Below, in pieces: positions 18,701 through 29,241 of a DNA stretch of 61,458 nt. Under the pieces are notes generated by a model. The model ran no database searches. It saw nothing but the letters and a program-made list of their open reading frames with translations, and was not told where the DNA came from. Within the stretch, counting starts at the first letter, position 1. Every line of letters begins with the position of its first letter. Both the position numbers and the translations under genes were made by a program. Source of the DNA: an uncultured Clostridia bacterium (GTDB taxonomy: Bacteria > Bacillota > Clostridia > Christensenellales > CAG-314); the NCBI GenBank assembly GCA_947625185.1, contig CANQNJ010000004.1:1-61458 (forward strand), written 5' to 3'.

Positions 18701-20515
18701 ATGGGAAAAATCATAGGAATAGACCTCGGAACAACAAATAGCTGCGTGGCGGTATTGGAAGGCGGCGAACCCGTCGTTATCGCCAATGCGGAAGGAAATC
18801 GTACCACGCCCTCCGTCGTGGCGTTCACCAAGGACGGAGAACGTCTTGTGGGAAGCGTTGCCAAGCGTCAGGCGGTGGTAAACGCCGAGAGGACGGTATT
18901 GAGCATCAAACGCGAAATGGGTACGAATTACACCGTCAATATCGACGGCAAACATTATTCGCCGCAAGAGATATCCGCCATCATTCTCAGCAAGTTGAAG
19001 GCAGACGCGGAGAGCTACCTCGGCGAAAAGGTAACTCAGGCGGTCATTACCGTCCCCGCTTATTTCAGCGACGCGCAACGTCAAGCCACCAAGGACGCGG
19101 GCAAGATCGCCGGTCTGGAAGTATTGCGCATAATCAACGAGCCTACCGCGGCGGCGCTTGCTTACGGCTTGGACAAGGGCGAGAATAAGAACCAAAAGAT
19201 ACTTATTTACGACCTCGGCGGCGGTACTTTCGACGTATCCATATTGGAGATAGGCGACGGCGTATTCGAAGTGCTTGCCACCAACGGCAACAACCGCTTG
19301 GGCGGCGACGACATAGACAAGATAATTATGGATTATCTGATCGGCGAATTCAAGAAGACAAGCGGCATCGATCTCAGCAACGACAAGCAGGCACTTCAAC
19401 GTCTCAAAGAAGCCGCCGAGAAGGCGAAGATCGATCTGTCCGCAACGCTCAAAACGACCGTTTCGTTGCCCTTCATCACTGCGGATCAGACAGGTCCCAA
19501 GCACCTCGAAGTGGAGATCACCCGCGCAAAGTTCGAGAGCCTTATCGACGTTATCATCAAGAAGACCATCGAACCGATGAAGAAGGCAATGGAGGACGCC
19601 GGCGTAACCAACAACGACCTCAACCGCGTAATATTGGTAGGCGGTTCCACCCGTATCCCCGCCGTTGTCGAAGCGGTCAAGAACTTCTGCGGCAAGGAAC
19701 CGTACAAGGGCATCAATCCCGACGAATGCGTAGCCATCGGCGCGGCAATTCAGGGCGGCGTTCTCGGCGGCGAAGTCAAGGACGTATTGCTTCTCGACGT
19801 TACTCCGCTGTCTCTCGGTATCGAGGTGTTGGGCGGCGTGACGGCACGACTGATCGAGCGTAATACTACCATACCCACGAGCAAATCGCAAATATTCTCC
19901 ACAGCGGCGGACAACCAGACAAGCGTGGATATACACGTTTTGCAAGGCGAGCGCGAAATGGCTGCGGACAACAAGACTCTCGGTCGTTTCTCTCTTACGG
20001 GCATAGCGCCCGCACCGCGCGGAATTCCGCAGATCGAAGTCAAGTTCGATATAGACGCAAACGGCATCGTACACGTCACTGCAAAGGATCTCGGCACGCA
20101 GAAAGAGCAATCCGTAACCATCACGTCCAGCACCAACCTTTCCGAAGCGGATATCGACAAGGCGGTCAAGGACGCGGAGAAATATGCCGAAGAGGACAAG
20201 AAACGCCGCGAAGCGGTAGAAGCGCATAACGGTTTGGATCAGATGATCCTGTCCGTAGAGCAGATCCTTCGCGATCCCAACGCCAAGCTGTCGGATGAGG
20301 ACAAGTCTACTCTGGAAGAAGAGATCAAGAAGAGCAAAGAGGTTTTGGATAAGCAGGGCGCCTCTACCGACGAACTGAAAGCGGAAACCGACCGTCTGGC
20401 TCAGGCTTGCGCTCCCGTTTTCCAGAGAATGTATCAACAGGCGTCGCAGCAAAGTGCTCAACAAGAGGACGGCAGCGAAGTCAAGTATGACGTTCACGAC
20501 GAGGACAACAAATAA
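18701..20515 (+). CDS. dnaK: Chaperone DnaK
   Basis: [28 protein letters not shown]. Confidence 0.98.
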   Translation: MGKIIGIDLGTTNSCVAVLEGGEPVVIANAEGNRTTPSVVAFTKDGERLVGSVAKRQAVVNAERTVLSIKREMGTNYTVNIDGKHYSPQEISAIILSKLKADAESYLGEKVTQAVITVPAYFSDAQRQATKDAGKIAGLEVLRIINEPTAAALAYGLDKGENKNQKILIYDLGGGTFDVSILEIGDGVFEVLATNGNNRLGGDDIDKIIMDYLIGEFKKTSGIDLSNDKQALQRLKEAAEKAKIDLSATLKTTVSLPFITADQTGPKHLEVEITRAKFESLIDVIIKKTIEPMKKAMEDAGVTNNDLNRVILVGGSTRIPAVVEAVKNFCGKEPYKGINPDECVAIGAAIQGGVLGGEVKDVLLLDVTPLSLGIEVLGGVTARLIERNTTIPTSKSQIFSTAADNQTSVDIHVLQGEREMAADNKTLGRFSLTGIAPAPRGIPQIEVKFDIDANGIVHVTAKDLGTQKEQSVTITSSTNLSEADIDKAVKDAEKYAEEDKKRREAVEAHNGLDQMILSVEQILRDPNAKLSDEDKSTLEEEIKKSKEVLDKQGASTDELKAETDRLAQACAPVFQRMYQQASQQSAQQEDGSEVKYDVHDEDNK

Positions 20516-20595
20516 TCTTCGCAATCACAACAAATTTTTACTCGGCAAGAAGTCTTGCAACGGCAAGGCTTCCTGCTTGATGTTTAGAGGTAACA

Positions 20596-21750
20596 ATGCC
20601 GACAAAAGATTATTACAAAACATTGGGCGTGGAAAAGACAGCGTCGCAGGACGAAATCAAGTCCGCATACCGCCGTCTTGCCAAGCAATATCACCCGGAT
20701 CTGCACCCCAACGATAAGGAAGCCGCCGAGAAGTTCAAGGAGATCAACGAGGCGTATTCCGTCGTGGGCGATCCCGACAAGCGCGGCAAGTACGATCGCG
20801 GCGAGATGGATATGGGCGCGGGCGGCGCAGGCTTCAATCCCTTCGGCGGAGGCGCGGGCGGCGGCTTTACGGCTACCGGTTTCGACGACATATTCGATAT
20901 GTTCAGCGACGCTTTCGGCTTCGGCGGAAGCAGAACGCGCAGCCGCAGGTCTCAATCCTCCGTCGGCAGCGATATCACTCAGCAGATAGAGCTTACCTTT
21001 ATGGAGTCTATCCTGGGCTGTACCAAGCCGATAACCTTTTCGCGGTTGGAGAAGTGTCCTTCCTGTCACGGTACGGGCGCCAAGGACGACGCGCATCTCA
21101 AAACGTGCGACAAATGCGGCGGCAGCGGTCAGGTCAGACACGTTCAGAATACCATTTTCGGTCAGCAAATCACCGTCGGCGCCTGCGACAAATGCGGCGG
21201 AACGGGCAAGATCGTCACGGAAAATTGCAAGACCTGCGGCGGCAAGGGAGTAGTCACCAAGAATAAGGTCATCAACGTCACCATACCTGCGGGTGTGGAG
21301 AACGGTTCCGTGCTGCAACTGACGGGAGAGGGCAACGCTCCGAGAAACGGCAACGGCAGAAGCGGCAATCTTTTGTTGGAGTTTTCCGTCAAGCCAAGCG
21401 CCCTGTTCAAGCGCGACGGCTACAACCTGTATGTAAACGTCCCCGTCAGTTATCTTACGGCGGTGTGCGGCGGACAGGTGGAGATACCCGCGCCGGACGG
21501 AGTGTTCATTCACAATTTGCAGGAAGGAACTTCCAACGGCGAGACGCTTCGTTTCCGCGGCAAAGGCATACGCACTCAACGCGGCGCGGTGGGGGATCTG
21601 TTTGCGACGATAAGCGTCGAAGTACCCAAGGGCATCACGCGCGCGCAGAAGAAATCGTTGGAACAGTTCGAGAACGACAACACCCTCAAAAACTACTCCA
21701 AGAGACGCGCTTTTCTCGACGAGATCGCCAAGACCTATCCCAAGAAGTAG
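20596..21750 (+). CDS. dnaJ: Chaperone DnaJ
   Basis: HPD J-domain, G/F-rich region, four CxxCxGxG repeats. Confidence 0.97.
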   Translation: MPTKDYYKTLGVEKTASQDEIKSAYRRLAKQYHPDLHPNDKEAAEKFKEINEAYSVVGDPDKRGKYDRGEMDMGAGGAGFNPFGGGAGGGFTATGFDDIFDMFSDAFGFGGSRTRSRRSQSSVGSDITQQIELTFMESILGCTKPITFSRLEKCPSCHGTGAKDDAHLKTCDKCGGSGQVRHVQNTIFGQQITVGACDKCGGTGKIVTENCKTCGGKGVVTKNKVINVTIPAGVENGSVLQLTGEGNAPRNGNGRSGNLLLEFSVKPSALFKRDGYNLYVNVPVSYLTAVCGGQVEIPAPDGVFIHNLQEGTSNGETLRFRGKGIRTQRGAVGDLFATISVEVPKGITRAQKKSLEQFENDNTLKNYSKRRAFLDEIAKTYPKK

Positions 21751-21851
21751 ACGCGTTTTATCGGAAAATACAATAACGACGGCATTGAGCCGTCTTGCGA
21801 CTTGCAATGCGCCGCGAAAGGCATTTATTTCGCCTTTTGTAGGCGCGTTTT

Positions 21852-22160
21852 GGCTCTATGTCAAATGTTGGGGTCAAAGAAAATCATAAAGAGAAACAAG
21901 GCTGTTGTGCCCCAACATTTTGTCATTAGAGCCACCGACCAAACGCAAGTCTGTACGGTTGACTGCGCAACCGACCCCTGACGGGGCGCAAGCGCAGACT
22001 TGGTCGGACTACTAAGGAAGCCGAGGACACCTCGGCTTTCATTATTTGTACTTTCGGCGGGGAGTCGCATGCCCCGCCATCCCCCGCAAGGGCTGCAATT
22101 TCGGTACACGCCCGAGATTGCAGACGGGATTTGCTTCGGCTTACGACTCCGCAAATCCCT
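21852..22160 (+). repeat. Repeat family A, copy 2, starting with an ~80-bp GGCTCT...AGAGCC palindromic module
   Basis: Direct similarity to the 14980 copy and reverse-complement similarity to the 49.3 and 60.9 kb copies. Confidence 0.85.
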
Positions 22161-22549
22161 TGCATTAGTTTATGATGACCTATCTCTGTTCACAGGGAGT
22201 AAGTCGTTTTCGGTACTTCATTTTCATCTACACCCCAACATTTCTAACAGGACATTTATTTCGTCTTTCGTAGGCGCGTTTTTATGCGAGAAGGAAGAAG
22301 TCAAACGCAATTGGCGATTTATGCCTTGGTAATGCGCAAACGCGCCCGCTGCGGCGGTCGGAACGCCGTCCGAGGCATAGCAAAGGGCGCTTTGCCGACC
22401 GTTTTGTATATGTCGGTGTGTTTCACGAAGTTTCATATTTGCGACAAAAAAAATATAAATTTTATTTTTCAAAAAATGCCCTTTGCACGCTTTACAAATT
22501 GTCGCAAGTTTGTTAATCTATATTACAGACATAGTATGGAGAGCAAAAG

Positions 22550-22873
22550 ATGAAAGTTATTTCAAGTGATCTTTTGCGCGGTCACATTGACACGTTTGTT
22601 TTGTCCGCTTTGATGAGCGGCACCAAGTACGGCAATGAGATACGCAAATTCATCGCGAAAAAAACCAACAATTTGTACGTTCCCAATGAGCAGAGCCTGT
22701 ATTCGGCATATCACCGTTTGGAGGATATGGAATGTATCAAGGGCTATTGGGGAGAGAATGTCGGTGCCACGCGTAAGTACTATACCATCACCGAGAAGGG
22801 GCGCAATATGTACGCCGTCAACAAGCGTGAGTGGGAAAATGCCAAGATGCTGATAGATATTCTCATCAAATAA
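22550..22873 (+). CDS. PadR family transcriptional regulator
   Basis: SSDLLRGHID, YGNEI, SLYSAYHRLE, RKYYTITEKG. Confidence 0.9.
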   Translation: MKVISSDLLRGHIDTFVLSALMSGTKYGNEIRKFIAKKTNNLYVPNEQSLYSAYHRLEDMECIKGYWGENVGATRKYYTITEKGRNMYAVNKREWENAKMLIDILIK

Positions 22874-22875
22874 CT

Positions 22876-23775
22876 ATGGATTACAGCGAAATTGCCGTTT
22901 ATACGACGTCGGAGAAGGCGGAGATCGTAGCCTACTTCTTATCCGAGGTGTGTATGGACGGCGTAAGTATTTTCGACATAAACGACCTCTATGACAATCC
23001 CGGTTGGGACTACAAGGAAGAGGGCATAGAGCAACGTTATGACAGCGAGGTAGTCGTCAAAGGCTACTGTGATTCAGAGGACACGGACCGTGTTCTCGAT
23101 TTTTTACGTCGGGAACTTGACGGGTTAACCGACGCAGGCAGCTTGAAGATAGAAGTTCGCGTCGTGGACGGCGACGCCTGGGTGGACAAGTGGAAAGAGA
23201 CTTTCCGCCCCATCGAGACAGACAAGTTGGTCATTTGTCCCGAGTGGCAGAGCGTCGAGACGGACAAGAAAGTTTTTCTTATGGACAGCGGCGTCGCATT
23301 CGGCACGGGACAACACGAGACGACTTCTATGTGCCTCGAATTTATGGAAAAGTTGCCTCTTGACGGCAAGCGCGTATTGGACGTGGGCTGCGGCAGCGGC
23401 ATACTCGGATTGTGCTGTTTGCTGTTGGGCGCCGATAGCGCCGAACTTGTGGATATAGACCCTCAGGCGACGGATATTGCCCGTCACAACGCGGCAATTA
23501 ACGGTTTGCAGTCCCGCACGGCAATAAAAACGGGCAATCTCACCGAGCAGACGGAAGGAACGTTTGACATAGTATTCGCCAATCTTACCGCAGATATATT
23601 GGCATTGCTGCACAAGGACATAAGTAAAGTGGTGCATAGCGGCTCCGTCGCGGTACTCAGCGGCATATTGGACGTCAAGTCGGACGAGGTGATCGATATG
23701 TACTCCGACCGATTCGACGTAATAGAGATAAAGGCAAAGGGCGAGTGGCGCGCGTTGCTGCTCGCGACGAGATAA
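22876..23775 (+). CDS. prmA: Ribosomal protein L11 methyltransferase
   Basis: AFGTGQHETT, LDVGCGSGIL, ANLTAD, LSGI. Confidence 0.93.
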   Translation: MDYSEIAVYTTSEKAEIVAYFLSEVCMDGVSIFDINDLYDNPGWDYKEEGIEQRYDSEVVVKGYCDSEDTDRVLDFLRRELDGLTDAGSLKIEVRVVDGDAWVDKWKETFRPIETDKLVICPEWQSVETDKKVFLMDSGVAFGTGQHETTSMCLEFMEKLPLDGKRVLDVGCGSGILGLCCLLLGADSAELVDIDPQATDIARHNAAINGLQSRTAIKTGNLTEQTEGTFDIVFANLTADILALLHKDISKVVHSGSVAVLSGILDVKSDEVIDMYSDRFDVIEIKAKGEWRALLLATR

Positions 23776-23776
23776 A

Positions 23777-25012
23777 ATGAAAGTTTCCGTATTCACATTG
23801 GGATGCAAGACCAATCTGTATGAGAGCGGTCAGATAATCGCCGAACTCAACGCTCGCGGTATAGAGGCGACTCACGGACTTGAACCGGCGGATGTATTCG
23901 TACTCAATACCTGCGCCGTCACGGGAGAGGCGGAGCGCAAGTCCCGCCAGGCGGTGGAACGCGCCCGCAAGCTTAATCCCGATTGCCGCGTGCTGATCGT
24001 CGGTTGCGCGGCAGAGAAGAACGCCGAGCAATTTGCGTCTATGGAAAACGTGACCCTGATCAAAGGGGTCGCCAACAAGACGGCGGTTGCGCAAGAAATA
24101 GAGCGCGCGGGAATAGAAGTGGATATGTTGCCCTCCGTTATCATGGAGAAGGTATTTTCCGCGCAGGAGCGCACCCGTGCGTTCGTCAAAATACAGGACG
24201 GCTGCAACAATTTTTGCAGTTATTGTATCGTGCCGTATCTTCGCGGTCGCAGCAGAAGCCGCCGCGTTGCCGACGTCGTACAAGAGGTGACCGGCGCCGA
24301 TTGCGCCGAAACGGTACTTATCGGCATAGATATATCTCAATTCGGTCGGGATACGGGCGAGAGCCTTCCGCAGCTTTTCGACGCTTTGCGGGGAGTACGC
24401 ACGCGCATACGTCTGGGCAGTCTGGAAGCGGGCGTTGTCACCGACGAACTGCTCGAAAGCCTCACCCATATCGATTTTTGCCCCCATTTTCACCTCAGTT
24501 TGCAGTCCGGCTGCGATACCGTACTCAGGCGTATGAACCGCAAGTACACGACGGCGGATTACTACCAAGCCGTGTGCAAGATACGCAAGGTCTTTCCATC
24601 CGCGGCGATAACCACCGACGTGATAGTCGGTTTCTGCGGCGAGACGGACGAGGAGTTCGAAGTCACGCGCAGCTTTGCGGAGAAGGTGAACTTTGCGGAT
24701 ATCCACGTGTTTCCCTATTCGCCTCGCGAGGGTACCGTCGCATACCGTTGGGAGGACGTAGACGGCGCAACCAAGGCGCGTCGCGCGGAGATACTCGGTC
24801 GGTTAAAGCTGCGGCTCAAACGGCAATTCGCCGAGAGCTTTGTCGGCACAACCAAGGACGTGCTTGCCGAGCGCAGGCGCGGCGGTTTGTGGGAGGGCTA
24901 CACCAAGGAGTATCTCAGGGTCTATTTCGAGGGAGAAACAACCGTTGGCTCCGTTGTCAACGTGTGTATAAAAGAGCCGTATAAAGACGGCGCAAAAGGA
25001 GAAATATTATGA
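23777..25012 (+). CDS. mtaB: tRNA methylthiotransferase (radical SAM)
   Basis: TLGCKTN, NTCAVT..A..KSRQ, KIQDGCNNFCSYC; synteny. Confidence 0.92.
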   Translation: MKVSVFTLGCKTNLYESGQIIAELNARGIEATHGLEPADVFVLNTCAVTGEAERKSRQAVERARKLNPDCRVLIVGCAAEKNAEQFASMENVTLIKGVANKTAVAQEIERAGIEVDMLPSVIMEKVFSAQERTRAFVKIQDGCNNFCSYCIVPYLRGRSRSRRVADVVQEVTGADCAETVLIGIDISQFGRDTGESLPQLFDALRGVRTRIRLGSLEAGVVTDELLESLTHIDFCPHFHLSLQSGCDTVLRRMNRKYTTADYYQAVCKIRKVFPSAAITTDVIVGFCGETDEEFEVTRSFAEKVNFADIHVFPYSPREGTVAYRWEDVDGATKARRAEILGRLKLRLKRQFAESFVGTTKDVLAERRRGGLWEGYTKEYLRVYFEGETTVGSVVNVCIKEPYKDGAKGEIL

Positions 25013-25410
25013 ACGATTGTATTTTCTGCAAGATCATAAAGGGAGAGATCCCTTCATACAAGATTTATGAGAACGACAAAGTTTACGCCTTTCTCGATAT
25101 CGCTTGCGACGCCGCGGGGCACACTCTCGTCATTCCCAAGAAGCATTGCGTCAATATTATGGATTGCGATCCGGAGTATCTCGAAGCGGTAACGGACGCC
25201 GTTCGGCTCATCTCCCGTCACTATGTGGACGATTGCGGATTCGAGGGCGTCAACATTTTCAATGCAAGCGGAGCAAGCGCCGAACAGTCGGTATTCCATT
25301 TGCACTTTCACATCATTCCGAGGAAATCGGGCGACGGTCTCGAAATGTGGCCTCTCGAAGGCAAACGGGATATGGATTTGAAGGAAATTTGCAAAAAACT
25401 TGCTCTGTAA
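25009..25410 (+). CDS. HIT family hydrolase
   Basis: DCIFCKI, HLHFHII triad. Confidence 0.92.
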   Translation: MNDCIFCKIIKGEIPSYKIYENDKVYAFLDIACDAAGHTLVIPKKHCVNIMDCDPEYLEAVTDAVRLISRHYVDDCGFEGVNIFNASGASAEQSVFHLHFHIIPRKSGDGLEMWPLEGKRDMDLKEICKKLAL

Positions 25411-25581
25411 CGTTTGACAACGGCATTGCGTTATGAGATAATATTATATGACTTGCGGAGATGAGTTTTCCGTTTTGCGGTCATTGTCGGACTGACGATA
25501 TTTGCGGACGTGCGACAGCCGTCGGAGACGCGTTTATCCGTTATTACAGCGGTTTTACCGAAAGGAGGCGAAAAGAAATTC

Positions 25582-25758
25582 ATGGCTACTATCAAGGTTG
25601 GTGAGAACGAGACTTTGGACAGCGCACTACGCCGTTTCAAGAGACGTTGCGCCCGTGACGGTATCATTGGCGACCTCCGTAAAAAGGAACAATACGAGAA
25701 GCCCAGCGTGCGCCGCAAGAAGAAGGCGGAAGCCGCACGCAAGCGCAACAGATCCTGA
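25582..25758 (+). CDS. rpsU: 30S ribosomal protein S21
   Basis: [25 protein letters not shown]; AGGAGG RBS. Confidence 0.96.
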   Translation: MATIKVGENETLDSALRRFKRRCARDGIIGDLRKKEQYEKPSVRRKKKAEAARKRNRS

Positions 25759-25779
25759 TTTTAATTTATTACCAAAGAA

Positions 25780-25820
25780 GCAGCTGCTTACCGAAGATTT
25801 CGGTAAGCAGTTTGTATTTT
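25780..25820 (+). terminator. Terminator after rpsU
   Basis: CTGCTTACCGAA..TTCGGTAAGCAG hairpin plus T-rich tail. Confidence 0.7.
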
Positions 25821-25894
25821 ACCGAATTTATAAGTCAAATTTCGCAGGCAAACGCCAAATTTTGCAATCTTTTTTATATTTTATCGGAGGAACA

Positions 25895-26281
25895 ATGTCA
25901 ACATTCAAGGACTACGCCAAGCGCGCCAAGGAGCGAATGAAAAACGGTTTTTGGGAGCAAGCTCACAAAAACATTCGGACAGAACAGCAAGTGGCAGCGA
26001 CTCTCGGACTCAACGCTCACAAAGTGGACGAGGAGGGCAAGCGTATGTTGGAACGTCGTATATACGATTACGACGGCTTTTGCGAAGAGCAGGAGTTTTA
26101 TAACAAAGTGGTGGAGATAATCGAGAGCGACGAACTCGTATCCAATCCCATAATGCGCCTTGCGGACGCCGATTATATGTCGCGTCTCACCCCGTCGGAG
26201 AAGCAGAGCTATATTTCCAGACTTGCCGCCAAGTATCGCAACGCCGTCGAGCGGTACAACTCCCTTCGGAACAAAAGGTAA
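25895..26281 (+). CDS. Hypothetical protein
   Basis: GGAGG RBS, typical codon usage, 128 aa helical. Confidence 0.7.
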   Translation: MSTFKDYAKRAKERMKNGFWEQAHKNIRTEQQVAATLGLNAHKVDEEGKRMLERRIYDYDGFCEEQEFYNKVVEIIESDELVSNPIMRLADADYMSRLTPSEKQSYISRLAAKYRNAVERYNSLRNKR

Positions 26282-26454
26282 TTGACTGTTTTAAGTTAAT
26301 ATGTTACAATTATTTGTACGATAAAGCAGAGCGTGCGTCGCTTCGGCGAACGTTCTCGGTATGTCGTTTTAGTCGCGCGCCGATGAGTTTTACGGCGGTC
26401 GTTTTGTAAGCGACTCGGCGGCATACGCGGCAAATTCAATCGGGAGGGAGAACT

Positions 26455-27069
26455 ATGCCCACAATTACCGATCTGCAAATTCAGAAGAACAACAAGACGC
26501 GCGCCAACGTATACATCGACGGCGAGTTCTGTTGCGCCCTCGAAATGCTTACGGTGATGAAGTTGGGATTGAAGATAGGCGGAGAAATATCCGCCGCCAA
26601 GCTCCGTGAAGCCGCCTCGGACAGCGAGCGCTCGGTCGCTTTCGAGAAAGCCATCGGCTACCTTTCGCGCGGATACAAGACGGTGCATCAGACGCGCGAG
26701 TATCTTGCCAAACGCGGCTACGCTTCCGACACGGTGGAGTATGTGATAGCCAAGCTAAAAGATTACCGTTACCTCGACGACGAGGCATACGCGCGTATGT
26801 ATGTCGAGCAGAATATCGCGTCCAAGGGCGCACGGCGCATCCGACAGGAACTTATCTTCAAGGGGATATCTTATACGTTGGCGGAGCAATATTCCGTTCA
26901 GGATCCCGACACATCCGTCGATAACGCTCGCCGTCTTGCGAGTAAGTATATGAAGAACAAAACGCCCGATATCAAGGAACTTCAACGGCTTCAACGTTAT
27001 CTGCTGAGTCGCGGTTACGGTTTCGACGTCGTCAACACGGTGGTGCGCGGTTACGGTCTCGTAGAATAG
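26455..27069 (+). CDS. recX: Regulatory protein RecX
   Basis: RANVYIDGEF N-terminus, YLDDEAYA, IRQELIFKGI, LLSRGY repeats. Confidence 0.9.
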   Translation: MPTITDLQIQKNNKTRANVYIDGEFCCALEMLTVMKLGLKIGGEISAAKLREAASDSERSVAFEKAIGYLSRGYKTVHQTREYLAKRGYASDTVEYVIAKLKDYRYLDDEAYARMYVEQNIASKGARRIRQELIFKGISYTLAEQYSVQDPDTSVDNARRLASKYMKNKTPDIKELQRLQRYLLSRGYGFDVVNTVVRGYGLVE

Positions 27070-27152
27070 CCGCTTCCGATATTCGTTTTCTCACAGTCTT
27101 TTTATCTCGGATAGAAAGGCTTTTTTTGTTGCGTTGAGGTTACTGTGTACAA

Positions 27153-27473
27153 GTGAAGTTTGCCGCTGTGCGGCAAGTTGCGGCGGGACATTAGTTAAAA
27201 CAACTTGTTTCTTAACAATACTTATTTCACAATAGTTATATATGCCTATATGACCGTCCCCGTAACGGGGAAAGTCTTATGCAGAGACCAAACTGACAAC
27301 AGTGATAAAAGGCTCCCTTTCAAGTGGAAGGGGAGCTGTCTGCGTTAGCAGACTGAGGGGTTTGACATTCAAAAATAATTTTCGACCTCAACTTGCCGCT
27401 TTGCGGCAAACTTCACCGTACAACAACCGTCCCCGTAAATTGCGCTTCGCTCAATTGACGGGGACGGGATTGC
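27153..27473. repeat. Composite repeat cluster (GTGAAGT-hairpin units, GGCTCCC..GGGAGCTG..GACTGAGG module, CCGTCCCCGT palindrome)
   Basis: Modules recur at 34.0-34.7, 54.7-54.9 and 58.9-59.1 kb. Confidence 0.8.
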
Positions 27474-27594
27474 ACAAATTCGCTTACGTCATTTTTCTGC
27501 AAAATACGTCCCCTTTCGCCCGAAAAAGTTTTGTCGAAAGGGGTTTGCGTTCTTCTTGCGGTGGTACAATGGCAGGTGACAAGGGGGTGCGAAT

Positions 27595-28356
27595 ATGGCA
27601 CGAAAAATCGTCGTAACGGGAGGCAAGGGCGGCGTCGGCAAGACGACGGTCTGCGCCAATCTCGGAATTGCGTTGGCGCGTATGTCGCATAGGGTTCTGT
27701 TGATGGATCTGGATATAGGATTGAACAACCTCGACGTTGTTATGCAGGTGGAGGACAAGGTGGTATTCGATCTTGTTGACGTGGTGGAGAATCGCTGCCG
27801 ACCGTCGCAGGCGTTTATACAGGACGCCTCGGAGCCGACGTTGTACGTTATGCCCAGCTGTCATCTTGCCAAGCGGCAGATATCCGTCGATCAGATCAAG
27901 AAGGTGGTGGGCAGATTGGAAGATAATTTCGAATATATACTAATTGATTGCCCCGCGGGGATAGACAGCGGTTTTCGCAGGGCGGTGGCGTGCGCCGACG
28001 AGGCAATCATCGTGGTCACGCCCCATCTCAGCAGCGTACGCGACGCGGACAAGACCGTGGCGGAGCTTGTGGGCAACACCGTTGTCAACGTCGTCGTCAA
28101 TCGGGTTCGCGGCGATCTGGTGGCAAGCGGCGAGATGTTGTCCGCATTCGAAGTGTTCAGCCTGTTGGGGCAGACGGCTCTCGGCGTACTCCCAGAGAAC
28201 GACGACGTCAACTGCAACGTCAGAAAGTGTTCGTCCGCGGCATTCGATATGCTTGCAAACAATCTCGTCACGGGCAAGTGCGAGATGTACGATTGCGTTA
28301 CCCCTTACAAGGGCATATTCGGCAAGCTTCGCCGCAAACTCAAACGCAACGCGTGA
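27595..28356 (+). CDS. minD: Septum site-determining ATPase MinD
   Basis: KGGVGKTT, DLDIGLNNLD, IDCPAGI, SSVRDAD. Confidence 0.92.
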   Translation: MARKIVVTGGKGGVGKTTVCANLGIALARMSHRVLLMDLDIGLNNLDVVMQVEDKVVFDLVDVVENRCRPSQAFIQDASEPTLYVMPSCHLAKRQISVDQIKKVVGRLEDNFEYILIDCPAGIDSGFRRAVACADEAIIVVTPHLSSVRDADKTVAELVGNTVVNVVVNRVRGDLVASGEMLSAFEVFSLLGQTALGVLPENDDVNCNVRKCSSAAFDMLANNLVTGKCEMYDCVTPYKGIFGKLRRKLKRNA

Positions 28357-28363
28357 GGTGAAT

Positions 28364-28573
28364 GTGAAATCCAAGCAATTTGACCGAGCAGAGGCGATGG
28401 TATACGCCGACAAATTCAATATGCGCAAGGGCGAGTTCTTCGAGGAACTGTGTCGTCTTGTCGGAGAATATATGGACTACGACGGATTGACGGTGGACCT
28501 TACGCGCGGTCCCAACGCAAATCTGATAATTACCGTCTCCGTAAAAAAAGTCAGACCATCCTTCCGCACATAG
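28364..28573 (+). CDS. Divergent MinE-like protein
   Basis: GTG start after GAGGTG; DRAEAMVYADK..EELCRLVGEYMD..LIITVSVKKVR parallels the MinE pattern; directly follows minD. Confidence 0.55.
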   Translation: MKSKQFDRAEAMVYADKFNMRKGEFFEELCRLVGEYMDYDGLTVDLTRGPNANLIITVSVKKVRPSFRT

Positions 28574-28626
28574 GAATAATGGCGGCTTCGGCAACGTATT
28601 GTATTGTGAGTAACGGAGGTGTAATT

Positions 28627-29241
28627 ATGGATTTCGACGGTGTAAACAGTATCGTATGCGATGCGGAAGAAACGGATTGGTTGGACGTGTCCTATTCGGA
28701 ACGCAACTATGTGGACGACCAACCCAAACAAAAAAACAAACCCCATATCAAATTTAAGCTGTCCAAACCGCTCAAAATAGCGGCGATCGCGCTGCTGTGC
28801 GCGGCATTGCTTGCGGCGTTGCTGTTTGTTGACGGGCAGTTTGCCAAGGACGTATTCGAGACGGCTAAGGCGGCGTTCTCTTCCACGGTGTTTACCGATC
28901 GAGAGCCGGACGCAACCGCTCCGTCGGTGGCTATCCCTCGCAAATACGATCTTGTCGACGTCGCGGACGGCGTTGCAACTTTCAACGGCGGCAAAGCGGC
29001 ATTGTCGTTCACAGCCGGCAAAGTAGTTGCGACGGGCGACAATTCGGTAACTGTGGAGATGGACGACAATACCGACATTGTGTACAACAATCTTACCGAT
29101 ATCTTTGTCAAGACGGGCGACGTAGTAAGCGTCAATTCGCTTCTTGCCAGATATGACGGCAGTTTCACCGTTACGGTAATGGTAAACGATACTGCGGTAG
29201 ACGTTGTCGGCAGCGAGACGCAACTAACGTGGAACGTCTGA
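28627..29241 (+). CDS. Membrane-anchored degenerate M23-like protein (SpoIVFA-like by synteny)
   Basis: One TM helix; AGKVV..YNNLTDIFVKTGDVV resembles M23 fold without HxH; precedes M50 protease. Confidence 0.55.
   Translation: MDFDGVNSIVCDAEETDWLDVSYSERNYVDDQPKQKNKPHIKFKLSKPLKIAAIALLCAALLAALLFVDGQFAKDVFETAKAAFSSTVFTDREPDATAPSVAIPRKYDLVDVADGVATFNGGKAALSFTAGKVVATGDNSVTVEMDDNTDIVYNNLTDIFVKTGDVVSVNSLLARYDGSFTVTVMVNDTAVDVVGSETQLTWNV

Noticed and set aside
18578-20524. 648-aa ORF antisense to dnaK (also 40848-42812, 56345-58747, 13249-14847)
   Set aside because: Shadow ORFs opposite highly conserved genes with biased codon usage; no RBS or recognisable domains
28550-28580. sigma-E promoter before the spoIVFA-like gene (CATAGGAAT)
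   Set aside because: -35 match is weak and the spacing is about 3 bp too short
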